From Basidiobolus meristosporus CBS 931.73 (taxonomy: Eukaryota > Fungi > Basidiobolomycota): a DNA stretch of 64,000 nt. A model generated the notes under the pieces. It ran no database searches. It saw only the letters and a list, made by a program, of their open reading frames with translations, and was not told the origin of the DNA. Made by a program: the position numbers and the translations under genes. Positions within the stretch are counted from its first letter, which is position 1. Each line of letters starts with the position of its first letter. The stretch covers positions 131,721 to 195,720 of the forward strand of contig MCFE01000053.1 of NCBI GenBank assembly GCA_002104905.1, in the 5' to 3' direction. Of the stretch, positions 25,747 through 36,600 are shown in pieces.

Positions 25747-26586
25747 CTATTGGCGCATGTAAGCAACCAAGGCAGCGGGGATCAATGCAGAGATGGCGGA
25801 GATGGCAAGGTTGCTACCAGCACTGGCGGGGGTCTTGCTGGGAGAAGGAGTGGCTGGTGGGCTAACCTTGCTTGGAGCGCTAGTGGCGGCACTGGTGGGC
25901 TTGGAAGAAGCACCGGAAGAAATGATAGACGAGGCGATGCTAGAGGTAGGGCTAACAAGGCTGGTGCTGGCGATGGTAGTGGAGTTGGAAGCAGGAGTAG
26001 CAGAAGAGGCTACTGAAGTAGCATTGCTAGAGGCAATTGGGGTAACCAAGGTACCAGATTTGCTAGCATTGGTGGCTACAGTTCAGTGGTTTGGGAACCG
26101 CTAGCAGATGAGCTAGCTCCAGGGACTTTGCCACCCTCAACATCGAAGTAGTGAGAGTACTTGACGGCATCACCGGTACCAGCACGGACAGCGTATTGAG
26201 CACCGGGTTGGACAGTGCTGGGAACAGTCCACTTGTAGGATCCGGCCTTGGAGTCAACATCGGCAATAACTTGGCTGACTTGAAGTCGGGTTGCCTCACC
26301 AGCCATCAAGGCAAGGCTGAGTTTCTCGGGGGTAGGAGTTCCAGGAATCTCAATCCTATTCAAAGACATGTTAGAATAACGTACCGTATGAGATGGAACA
26401 ACAGTGATAGAAAACAATAATGCTTCAGCTCATGCAATAGTGGTCATGTACTCACCATCTGATGGTAACAGTCTCTCCAGCAACCCACTTGGTACCTTCG
26501 ACAGGCTCAACGATGGAGTAATCAGCGCTGGCAGAGGCGGCCAACAAAGCGACAGCGGCGACAGATGCGAGGGTCTTTGAGAACAT
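25747..26586 (-). CDS. Ser/Thr-rich GPI-anchored protein, paralog 6; 1-nt frameshift at ~26082 gives a stop at 26076 just after the domain
   Basis: Inverted copy of 24198... Reads ..GSQTTE-L* while the S/T tail and GPI signal continue in another frame (ORF 25747..26049). Confidence 0.8.
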
Positions 26587-27303
26587 TGTGTTGAAAGGAA
26601 TCTAGGCTATGTTGGAGAGGAAGCTGAGTACTTCGTGTTGATATCGCTTTAGTTTTATACTGTCAGCTCCTCGGAAATACGTGTATATTGCATGCATTCG
26701 GATCAACCAAAAATCCCAAGGAAAATACCGCTCAACGCAAAATAAGGAATGGGGCTGTGGTACGAATTTTATGAATCCGAATAAACAAGCGCTTGGGGTA
26801 GCACAATCCTCAGCAAATACAACAATTGATTCGAAGGCCCACCATTATAAGAAATGATTAATCCTGTGTTTTAGTTACTGAGGCCAACTGCAGAAGGAAG
26901 TTTACTCGTAATACACAATATCATTGCCAAGTATTTTCAGGAACCGGTCAGGTATAGATTCACAAAAATAGTAGGCTGTTGGCCGTTTTCGAGGGGAGAC
27001 CAAATTGGGAAGTGGGATCATTTTATATTTCTTCTATTCCAAGTAATATATATTCCAACCAGTATCATGCCGATGCACCTAAAGGAATTGGCACTAAGCA
27101 AGCTTATCTCGCGCGTTTTTCGGACTTGATTAATGGATTTCTATATGCTTGTGACACTGGGTGGATTCTGACCACTCGTGGTTCACAATCGATCGTTTAT
27201 GAAGTTACTAACTATGATAGGTCACTCTGGATTTTTTTGATTGGCATCTCGCATAGACTATACTACTGGGCATGTTACGCATCATCATTCTGTGATGTTG
27301 AAG

Positions 27304-27899
27304 ATGTCAACCATTACTAGTAAGCTAGTTTTCGCTGCCCGTCGTAATGCCAGCTCATTATCAGCTAGGTATATGAGCACCAAGCCGACCAGAGTCCACA
27401 CAGAGAATGCGCCCGCAGCAATCGGACCGTACTGTAAGTTTCGTCTAGTGTTCAATTGCAAATGAACGTAGGTTACACCAAAGCCTCACCTCTTGCAAAA
27501 CAACAGCTCAAGCGATGACCGCCAACGGTTTTATATTCGTGTCTGGACAACTTCCCGTCAATCCAAAGTCGGGTAGCATCGAATCGGATAACGTCAAGGA
27601 CCAAACCGTAAGTAGACAACAGATCTTCCGCGTTTTTGCTTATGTTAAATCTAATGCTTTACCAGCGCCAATCACTCAACAACGTTCGAGCGATATTGGA
27701 AGAAGCAGGTGCGGATTTTAGCCAAGTCCTGAAAACCACCGTCTTCCTGAAGAATATGGGTGATTTTGCCTCTATGAACGAAGTGTATGCGGAGCTCATG
27801 GGTGACGCACGCCCAGCCAGAGCCGCCGTGGAAGTTGCACGTCTACCAAAAGACGCGCTGGTTGAGATTGAATGTGTTGCAGTAGTCAGCAAACAATGA
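27304..27899 (+). CDS. MMF1: RidA/YjgF/YER057c enamine-imine deaminase with mitochondrial presequence
   Basis: [73 protein letters not shown]. Confidence 0.92.
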
Positions 27900-28132
27900 A
27901 TTCATATTTGTTGAATGGTCCACGAATTTCGGTTTCTTTAATCATCTCAGACAAGAGATATTTCCAACGAAGTTTGCATAGTACTATGGTTTATCTAATC
28001 AGAAATAAATCAAACGCTACTAGAATGTACACGCAAAAAATTCAACATTTAAATGTTGAAATCATTCGCATTTGGCGGTACCTTTTATTTTGAACCAGTA
28101 ACCTTGGGCTTGAGTTAGGCGCGAACGTCAAC

Positions 28133-29074
28133 ATGGTCTTGTATTTCACTAGTAAAGGTAGGGGTTTGGCGAAATCTTGAACAATAATCGAGCCATAGAA
28201 TAATTGACACTCTTTGTACCTAGTCGTCAATCCACCCGCCTTGATTTACATGGGCAAGGATAAATACGAAAGTGAGTCTTGAATTCGCTGATTCCCCTAA
28301 ACGCACTGTGGTACTTACGCAAACCTACTCTTTCACTGGTAGATGAAAGCCTTATCAAATATGGTTGGGATCGGGACGTATGGTAGGTTGTCGTCTTGTA
28401 AATGAAGATTCCGAAAAAAGCAGACCTCCCTTGCTTTTACTTCGACTTGTCTAATCTGTATGACTTATATTACGTTTTATTGACCTTGTAGGGTACGTGA
28501 AACATGATTTGACTTGCAGACTGGTCGAAAACGCTCACTCTGTTTTGCTTAGTTCCACGTCGATAAGCTTTCCAGCGCTCACGTATATCTACGTCTAAAT
28601 CCTGGGGATAGCTGGGAGAACATTCCAGAGGACCTGCTTAACGATCTTGGACAGCTAGTCAAAGCCAACAGTATCGAGGGAAACAAGAAGAATGACCTTA
28701 CTATTATCTATACTCCTTGGTCAAACTTAAAGAAGACCGGGGATATGGCCACCGGACAAGTCAGCTTCCACAACCAACGTTTGGTGAAACGGGTTTACAT
28801 CGAGAAACGAGTCAACGAGATCGTCAATAGATTAGAAAAGACCAAACAAGAGAAATACCCTGATCTTCAAGGGGAGAGGGAGGATTATGAAAGAGAGAAG
28901 AGAAAGGCACTCCGCATTAAAGAAAACAAATTGAAGGAGGAGGAGAAGCGCAAATTGGAGGAGCAGAAGAAAATGGCTGAATTGAAAACTTACAGCAACA
29001 TTTTCAAAGAGGAAGAGATGAGAACTAATCAAGATTATGACAATCCCGAAGATTTTGAGGATGATTTCATGTAA
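28133..29074 (+). CDS. CCDC25: CCDC25/Jlp2 (NFACT-R domain) protein, multi-exon
   Basis: [81 protein letters not shown]. Confidence 0.92.
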
Positions 29075-29487
29075 TGAATTCCGGAGATACGGTGTCTTTA
29101 GCGCCCTCACACTTTCCATTCATTCCTGAGTGTGTCGAGCTCTTTCAATTGATAATAAACAGCCTAATGTGCAATTCCAACATCCATACCAACACCACCT
29201 TGTAAGACTTGGTTCAAGTGGCTATTTTGCTTAGTTAAATGTTCAAGTTGGTGGCTTCCGGATTATTTATGACGGTTTAAGCATGAATTTCGGAGACTTG
29301 CTTAAATCGAGCGGGAGGAAAAAAAATCGGTTACTGCCGGATTTCCGAATGTATTATTGGTTAAAAAGTTTGATTGACTATTTTGCATTGAGATGGTCGA
29401 ATAAAGTGAATCTTCCCACTTGCTAGTCTACTCCTTCTCTTCTGGCGTATAGACCGTGGTATTAAGGCGTCAGTATAATACTTGAAA

Positions 29488-30196
29488 ATGGTTAGTATAC
29501 AGTACAGTATTTTGATGTAATTCCTCATGTTGTTGCGAAGATGACATTCTTGCTGAGGTGCCAGCACGAGTGAAATCATTTTCGCAGCACTCCTGTGTAT
29601 CCATTCTGTTGCGCTTATACATACATCCCACCACCTAAATCCATACTAACCTGCGAGTTGTATAGGCCGCTGAAGCTTCTCCCTCTACCAACCCCATGCG
29701 CGAATTGCGTATTGAAAAACTTGTTCTCAACATTTGCGTTGGTGAATCTGGTGATAGACTTACCCGTGCTGCTAAGGTGTTGGAACAATTGACTGGTCAA
29801 ACCCCAGTGTACTCCAAGGCCCGTTATACTGTCCGTAGTTTCAGTATCCGTCGTAACGAAAAGATCGCTGTTCACTGCACCGTCCGTGGACCCAAGGCTG
29901 AAGAGATCTTGGAGCGTGGTCTTAAGGTCAAGGAATACGAATTGAAGAAGTCCAACTTCTCTGCCACTGGTAACTTCGGTTTCGGTATCCAAGAACACAT
30001 TGATTTGGGTATCAAGTACGATCCTTCCATTGGTATTTACGGTATGGACTTCTTCGTTGTCTTGGGCCGCCCTGGTTTCCGTGTTGCTCGCAGAAAGAGA
30101 TGCCAATCCAAGGTTGGTTTCTCCCACCGTGTCACCAAGGAGGAGACCATGAAGTGGTTCAAGCAAAAGTATGATGGTATCATCTTGAACAAATAA
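29488..30196 (+). CDS. RPL11: 60S ribosomal protein L11 (uL5); ATG-only exon 1, intron 29491-29665
   Basis: [67 protein letters not shown]..; ATG|GTTAGT donor and CTAAC..TAG acceptor. Confidence 0.97.
29531..29589 (+). promoter_or_regulatory. Intronic RNA stem-loop in RPL11 intron 1 (14 bp + 3-nt bulge + 11 bp, 6-nt loop)
   Basis: TGTTGCGAAGATGA/TCATTTTCGCAGCA and CATTCTTGCTG/CAGCACGAGTG pair, with three G-U wobbles and one mismatch. Confidence 0.65.
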
Positions 30197-30913
30197 ATTT
30201 GCTCTTCATGTTAATTTCCTTGTCTCGAGTCCAATGTGTTTGGCCTGAAGACTGATTGAATAAATTAATGCTTGAATACCTATAAACCATTCTATCTGCT
30301 GTTCCAAACACATGAACTCCAAGCCCAAGGGCAGTGGAGAGTTCACCGGAACTAGATGTGACAGGTGATTCATCATTTAGGCGCTTTTGGGTTGATTCGC
30401 AGAATGCGTGGGAAACCGTACTTTAGAGCTCCGACCTCGTGGTCGGCCATTAACGTTGCCTTCAATTCGCTGCATTGCTCCGTAGTGAGAATTTGGCGGG
30501 GTGTTAAGGTTAGGCTTGTGGATTTGAGAAGCTAATCACCGTGCTATTCAGCCAGATTATTTTAACTTGCATCGGGGATCGTCTCGATCTCAGTCAGGTG
30601 GGATTTTTTGGATGGACATGCTCTAGTTCACATGAAAATACGAACTGCTGTAATACAAATTGATCAGTGAATCTCCTGAAGAAACGTCATTGTCCGGTGC
30701 TTATAGTGCACCTGTGATCATGAGACCTCGGAAGAGACTATAATACGCTTGCCTTCAAATATTATGGCATCCTCTGTGATTCAAATTACTAAGGGAATAT
30801 TGATTGCCATGGTTTATTATTATGTTGGTTCTAAAAACTACATAAAAGGGAGGGATTAGCTTGTCTTCATTTGACGCAACCGCATCAACCCCCTCGTACT
30901 TTCCGTCATCAGA

Positions 30914-32300
30914 ATGTCTTCCCTTTCAGTTTTCAGTAAGCGTATCATTCCTGCCTTGAGATCTGCCAGGGTCTTGGCTTCCGTTCAGCCTGCAAGGTTT
31001 GTCTACATCCGGCCCACTTGGCGGATTCAATGTGCTAATCAGTCTACTTAGATATTTCTCTCAAACCCATGGCGCCTCCAACCAATTCGCTTCTTTGAAC
31101 TCTTTGACTGAGGAGGAAGGAATGTTCCGTGACGCTGGTAAGGACACTCACGCTGAATTCCTACGGAGGTAGTGGTTGATCCAATATTGTGTTTCGCTAG
31201 TCGCCCGATTCGCCGCTGAGCAGGTGCAGCCTAAGGTGTCCGAGATGGACGAAAAAGAAACCATGGACAAGAGTGTCATCCAGGGCCTATTCGAGCAAGG
31301 CCTCATGGGCGTGGAAACCAGTTCTGATCATGGTGGTGCCAACGCCTCTTTCCTCTCCGCTATTATTGTCGTTGAAGAGCTTGCTAAGGTTGATCCATCA
31401 GTTTCGGTGCTCTGTGATGTTCAGAATACCCTGGTCAACACATTGATCAGAAAATACGCCTCCAAGGAGCTCCAGGACAAGTACCTACCTCAGTTGGCCT
31501 CCAACAAGATCGGATGCTTCTGCTTGTCTGAAGTTGGTTCCGGTAGTGACGCTTTTGCTCTTGCCACCAAAGCCGAGGACAAGGGTGATCATTATTTGAT
31601 CAACGGCAGCAAAATGTGGATCACCAATTCTGGTGAGGCAGAGATCTTTTTGATCTTCGCTAATGCCGACCCTTCCAAGGGTTACAAGGGAATCACCTGC
31701 TTCCTTGCTGAGAAAGACATGGGTGTTCAAATCGCTAAGAAGGAAAGCAAGCTTGGTATCCGTGCTTCATCCACCTGCTCCTTGAGCTTCGATGACCTCA
31801 AGGTACCCAAGGAGAACATCGTTGGTGAGTTCGGAAAGGGCTACAAATATGCCATTGAGATCCTCAACGAAGGCAGAGTAGGAATTGCTGCGCAAATGAT
31901 TGGTTTGGCTCAGGGTGTTCTTGACCACACTATGCCCTACCTGTTCCAACGTAAACAATTCAACCAGCCCATCGGCAGCTTCCAAGGCATGCAATTCCAA
32001 TACGCTCAGGTTGCTACCGAAATCGAGGCTGCCAGACTCTTGACCTACAATGCTGCCAGATTGAAGGAGCAAGGCCAGAACTTCGTCAAGGAGGCTGCTA
32101 TGGCTAAGTTGTATTCATCCCAAGTCGCCGAGAAAACCGCCTCGAAATGCGTAGAATGGATGGGCGGTGTTGGGTTCACTCGTGAATTCCCAGTCGAGAA
32201 ATACCTTCGTGATAGCAAGATCGGTGCCATTTACGAAGGAACCAGCAATATCCAACTACAAACTATCGCCAAGTTGATGGCCAACAAGTACACTTCTTAA
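30914..32300 (+). CDS. ACADSB: Mitochondrial short/branched-chain acyl-CoA dehydrogenase
   Basis: [70 protein letters not shown]; Arg/Ser-rich presequence exon. Confidence 0.93.
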
Positions 32301-32579
32301 ACCCAATCGTCTCTGCATTTCATCACATTCTTAAGCCTCACCTTCGTATTATACAATAAATCCACCATTTGCATGAATTTCGATGATGTTCGCACCAGAC
32401 CGTTTGCTCGTAAATAGAGATTTATTGCGTTAGTGAGATGACAACAATCGGATGCTTCTGAAAAATGTTGGGTGATGATGGTATTGTTAGTGGGAACAGT
32501 CAGATGTGTCGGGACAAGACTTCGAAAACATGGCATGTACACGGATTTTACTTCGCAAAGAAGATGGGGCTCATGTCAT

Positions 32580-33035
32580 TTATTCTTTCTTGGCTTGGCT
32601 CTCTTCCAATTCCTGCTTGCGCTTCAACTTCTGCATGTTTCTGAAACGGCGCATGTAGCTGAGAGACAGTTTGGGTGAGTTGCGAGGTTGTGATTTGGGG
32701 GGTAGGTCGAGTTCGTAACTTACTCATCGTATTGACATTTCTCGTAGCCGTGGCGCTCATCTTCACACTTCCAAGGAAGATACCAGGAGGCTTCGCGACA
32801 TTTGTTTAGGGGGATAAGAAGATGTGCGCAGCTATCACGGAAGGCTAGTGGGATTCTGGCATCAGCCATTTCCTTTTGGGTTGCGACCATTGGCGGCGGT
32901 GGCTCCAAGGTAAAGTCTGAGTTCAGCAAGCAACATTAGTATACTTGACGTGAAGAGGAGGATTTAAAGCAATGCATAATCGGGCGTGAGTGTCCTTTAA
33001 ATTTCAAGAGACTAACCTTCGGTTTCGGTGGTCAT
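32580..33035 (-). CDS. NDUFB7: NADH:ubiquinone oxidoreductase subunit B18 (NDUFB7/NB8M), 3 exons
   Basis: MVATQKEMADARIPLAFRDSCAHLLIPLNKCREASWYLPWKCEDERHGYEKCQYDD|YMRR.. (twin CX9C). Confidence 0.92.
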
Positions 33036-33519
33036 ATGTGGGATTTAATTCAGAAGCGACAAAGGGCAGAACACTTTGAGCTAATTAGAAAGTTTTGGAT
33101 CTGGGACACTGCGATATTCAACATAGAATTGTTGGGGTTATTGGGGAGTAGAGGCCCCTTCTTTTTTTCTCAACATTGATTTCCACTGGAGGTGCGGGGT
33201 AGGGGAGTAGGTCCAAGTCACTACAGGAAGGTTGAGGAGCCCCAGTATTTCACCGGATCAGCATTGATTTCATTCCTATCTTAATCAGGAACTTAACCTC
33301 AACTCAGATGCCATTGACAACCAATTATGCACAAAGGTACACACGCTCTAGGTGATCCAATAAGATAATAAGTCAAACTGGCTAATATGGAACATGTAGG
33401 AGAATGTATAGGGATGCAGATCGATTACCTTCAAGTGACTTCTATTTAAGTGCCTTGATATCCCTGATTTGACCACTTATAATCTGGGCGAGTGTTCAGG
33501 AAAAGAAGCCTCTGTCACC

Positions 33520-35786
33520 ATGTCCGGTGTATTACCCCTTCACAAAGATGAGAATGCTGACACACACACGAAACGGCGGTGTGCTCCACCGAAGTTGAAT
33601 CGCCGTTGCTTACAGTTTGGACTCATTAGCGTCGGGACTTTGGTGCTATATCTGGGATTTCGTGCGCTATCCTCTTCAGTGTATATGGCAAACGTCAACC
33701 AATCCCTACTTGTGTCTCAAAAGATTGCATCAGACTGCCCAGGCATCTTTGCCTCTAAGAGTCCCGAGGTTCCAAGATACACAACCTCTGGCGGCACCTG
33801 CACTGCCTATGAGGATCAAGAGCATTACGCTTTATCGGAGAAACGTCGCAACCAGGTCAAGGAAGGGTTTCTTCATGCCTGGAACAGTTACGTGGAAAAT
33901 GCGCTAGGGTGGGATGAAATAGCTCCTATAACCGGCAGGCCCAACAATAGGTACCTCGTTGATACGGTTCTTTGGTTGATCACAAGCTAATGTGTTGATG
34001 TCATTTTGCCACAGGTTCAATGGGTATTAACATCGGTCACCAGCAACGCACTATGGAATGCTCTGATTAATCGTTCTATATTTTAGCTGGGGTGCTACTC
34101 TATTCGACTCGTTAGACACTCTGTTGATTATGGATTTAAAAGTCGAGTTTAATGAAGCCAAGGAGTACGTAAGAGGAGTGAACTTCAATGAGAGTGTAAG
34201 TAAGTCATGTCGACTGATCAGGATGGAGAACTGCTAATCTGTTATGCAGAATAACGTAAACTTCTTTGAGACAACTATCCGGTACTTGGGGGGATTAATG
34301 AGTGCTTACGAATTATCGAATGAGCCGATACTGCTGACCAAAGCCCAAGAGTTAGGAACTCAGCTTCTAAAAGCTTTCCAATCGCGTTCTGGATACCCGT
34401 ACAATTTTGTAGACTTCGTAACGTAAGTGTGGTGTAGAACTCTGATACAGTGAGAAGCTAAGCATTTCTTTGTCCAGTGGGAGGGCCAATAATGCCGGTT
34501 GGACGGGAGGCAATAGTATCCTGGCAGAAATTGGCTCATTTCAACTCGAATTCAGACGATTAAGTGACTTGACAAAAGACTCGAAATACCACGAAAAGGT
34601 TCATCTTTTGCTATATCTCCACCCAACTTTGGCTTACCTTCTCGTCAGGGCCAGAAAGTGATAGATATGCTGGACCGTATTAAAACCCCGTATCCCGGCC
34701 TATTTCCGATCTACTTGAACCCCGATACGGGCAAAGCTGAGAGAAGTCAGTAATTGTGCGCTATTGCCTGACAAGTCCGCCTTCTAACCCACCATGCTAG
34801 GCTCCATTTCTTTCGGTGCACTGGGCGACAGTTTCTACGAGGTAATTGATCCTGATACATTCCTGTCAGTACAACTCACTCATACGCCTTGCGCCAGTAC
34901 CTATTAAAGCAGTATCTAATGACTGGAAGTAAGATTGACCAATACCGCCGCATGTGTATGTTGATTCTCGGTGAACATAGTCACCTCTCTATAGTTGCTA
35001 ACCCCCATCCGCGATACCAGACGAAGCCTCAATTGATAGCATGAAAAAGTACATGATTGCTGAATCCCACGGCCAAACCTACTTATCTGCATTAGACTCT
35101 GACCTAAAAATCGTGCAATCTTTGGAGCATTTGGTATGGCAACTTTCTGTAGTATAGCGGTGATTGCGTATGCTGAAGATTCGTTGGATAGACCTGCTTT
35201 GCCCCTGGCCTTCTCGCCTTAGGCTCAAAAACATTGGGTCGACCGGATGATATGGAATTAGCTAAAAAACTCGTTCAAACATGTTACAACACCTATGCTA
35301 CGACTAAAACAGGGCTTGGACCAGAAAACGTAGCCTGGTACACAGAATCAGATTCACTTGATAATTTATCGCCAGAAAATGCTAGAGATGTCTTGGATCA
35401 TGGGTTTTACCCACGCACTCCCTACTACATCTTACGACCAGGTAACACTATTCTTACCACAACCAACCCACCAAACTTACATGACCTTGCACCCTTTAGA
35501 AACGGTCGAAAGTATATTCTACCTTTACCGATTGACCGGCGACCGAAAATATCAAGAATGGGGTTGGAACATCTTTAGTGCCCTTGAGAAATTCTCGCGC
35601 GCAAAGTTTGGCTATTCCGGGCTTGACAACGTGCAGGACCCGAACTCCCTGGACAACAAGATGGAGAGTTTCTTCATGGCTGAAACCATGAAATACTTGT
35701 ACCTATTGTTTTCCTCCCCAGATCTGATCAACCTGGAAGAGTATGTGTTTACAACGGAAGCGCATCCTCTAAAGATTAGACAATAA
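33520..35786 (+). CDS. Class I alpha-1,2-mannosidase (GH47), type II membrane protein, many introns including a 9-nt exon at 34015-34023
   Basis: [106 protein letters not shown]. Confidence 0.93.
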
Positions 35787-35868
35787 TATAGAAATATCCA
35801 CCAGTTTCCTGCACTGTGATGGCTAAATATGAGCTTTTATTCTCGTCAACTATCATAAATATCATTGA

Positions 35869-36285
35869 TCAGGCCTTCAATACCACGTTAGTGGCATTTT
35901 CGTACTCTTCGAAGAACTGGTCGCTCAGCTGATCGAACCTATCTTCCTGCTTGTCGACATAATCCTCTTGCTTCTCATCGTCATCCTCCTTCAACAGCGC
36001 CTTTCTTGACGCTTCCCATTGATGACGCAGCTGCTTCTCCATGTCCCGTAGGTTCTTCAGATGATAAAGTACCTCGGAATGTGCCCTGTACCCCTCAGCA
36101 ATTCCTTTTGCATTCACCTTCTTCTCTATTTCTTGGAACTCCTTGATGGACTTTGTGTAAAATTCAATCCGATCACTTGTGACTTTTTCATAATTAGACA
36201 AGGATTTGGATTGATTAGTGCTAGCCAGTGCCAGTCCCGCGAGCAAAGACCAAATCAAGCTGAGAAATAACCTATGGGCCTTCAT
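35869..36285 (-). CDS. Small secreted charged helical protein, unknown function
   Basis: MKAHRLFLSLIWSLLAGLALA signal-like N-terminus; 138-aa E/K/D-rich helical body with no Cys; no recognised domain. Confidence 0.65.
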   Translation of the reverse strand: MKAHRLFLSLIWSLLAGLALASTNQSKSLSNYEKVTSDRIEFYTKSIKEFQEIEKKVNAKGIAEGYRAHSEVLYHLKNLRDMEKQLRHQWEASRKALLKEDDDEKQEDYVDKQEDRFDQLSDQFFEEYENATNVVLKA

Positions 36286-36600
36286 GAGTGTCAAGAGGAT
36301 TGTGAATTCTTTACCACGGTTTACCAGAGCTTTATAGAACTAGGTGTTTCAATGGTAGAACAAACGGTTTCATCACCTCGGTAACAAATGCCCACAACGA
36401 GATCCGGAAGTTTCGAACAAGCAGTCATGTAAACACACAAACATCAATGAAAGCTATTCGCTAGCAGCAAGTATTTATTATATACCAATTCAGAAATGGG
36501 AATAATATCGACGAAATACAAGTGTGAAATGATTTAAACATAATACATTTTCAGGTGTTTTGGCTAATAAACTCTATATATAGGATTAAAGATTGATGAA

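Larger units (their letters stand above)
24105..26680. repeat. Inverted duplication 2: arms ~24105-25173 and ~25581-26680, ~407-bp unique spacer
   Basis: Promoter, exon 1, S/T tail and 3' UTR are reverse-complement matches. The intron 3' half and post-domain linker differ. A (TAG)n tract has 4 units in one arm and 6 in the other. Confidence 0.95.
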
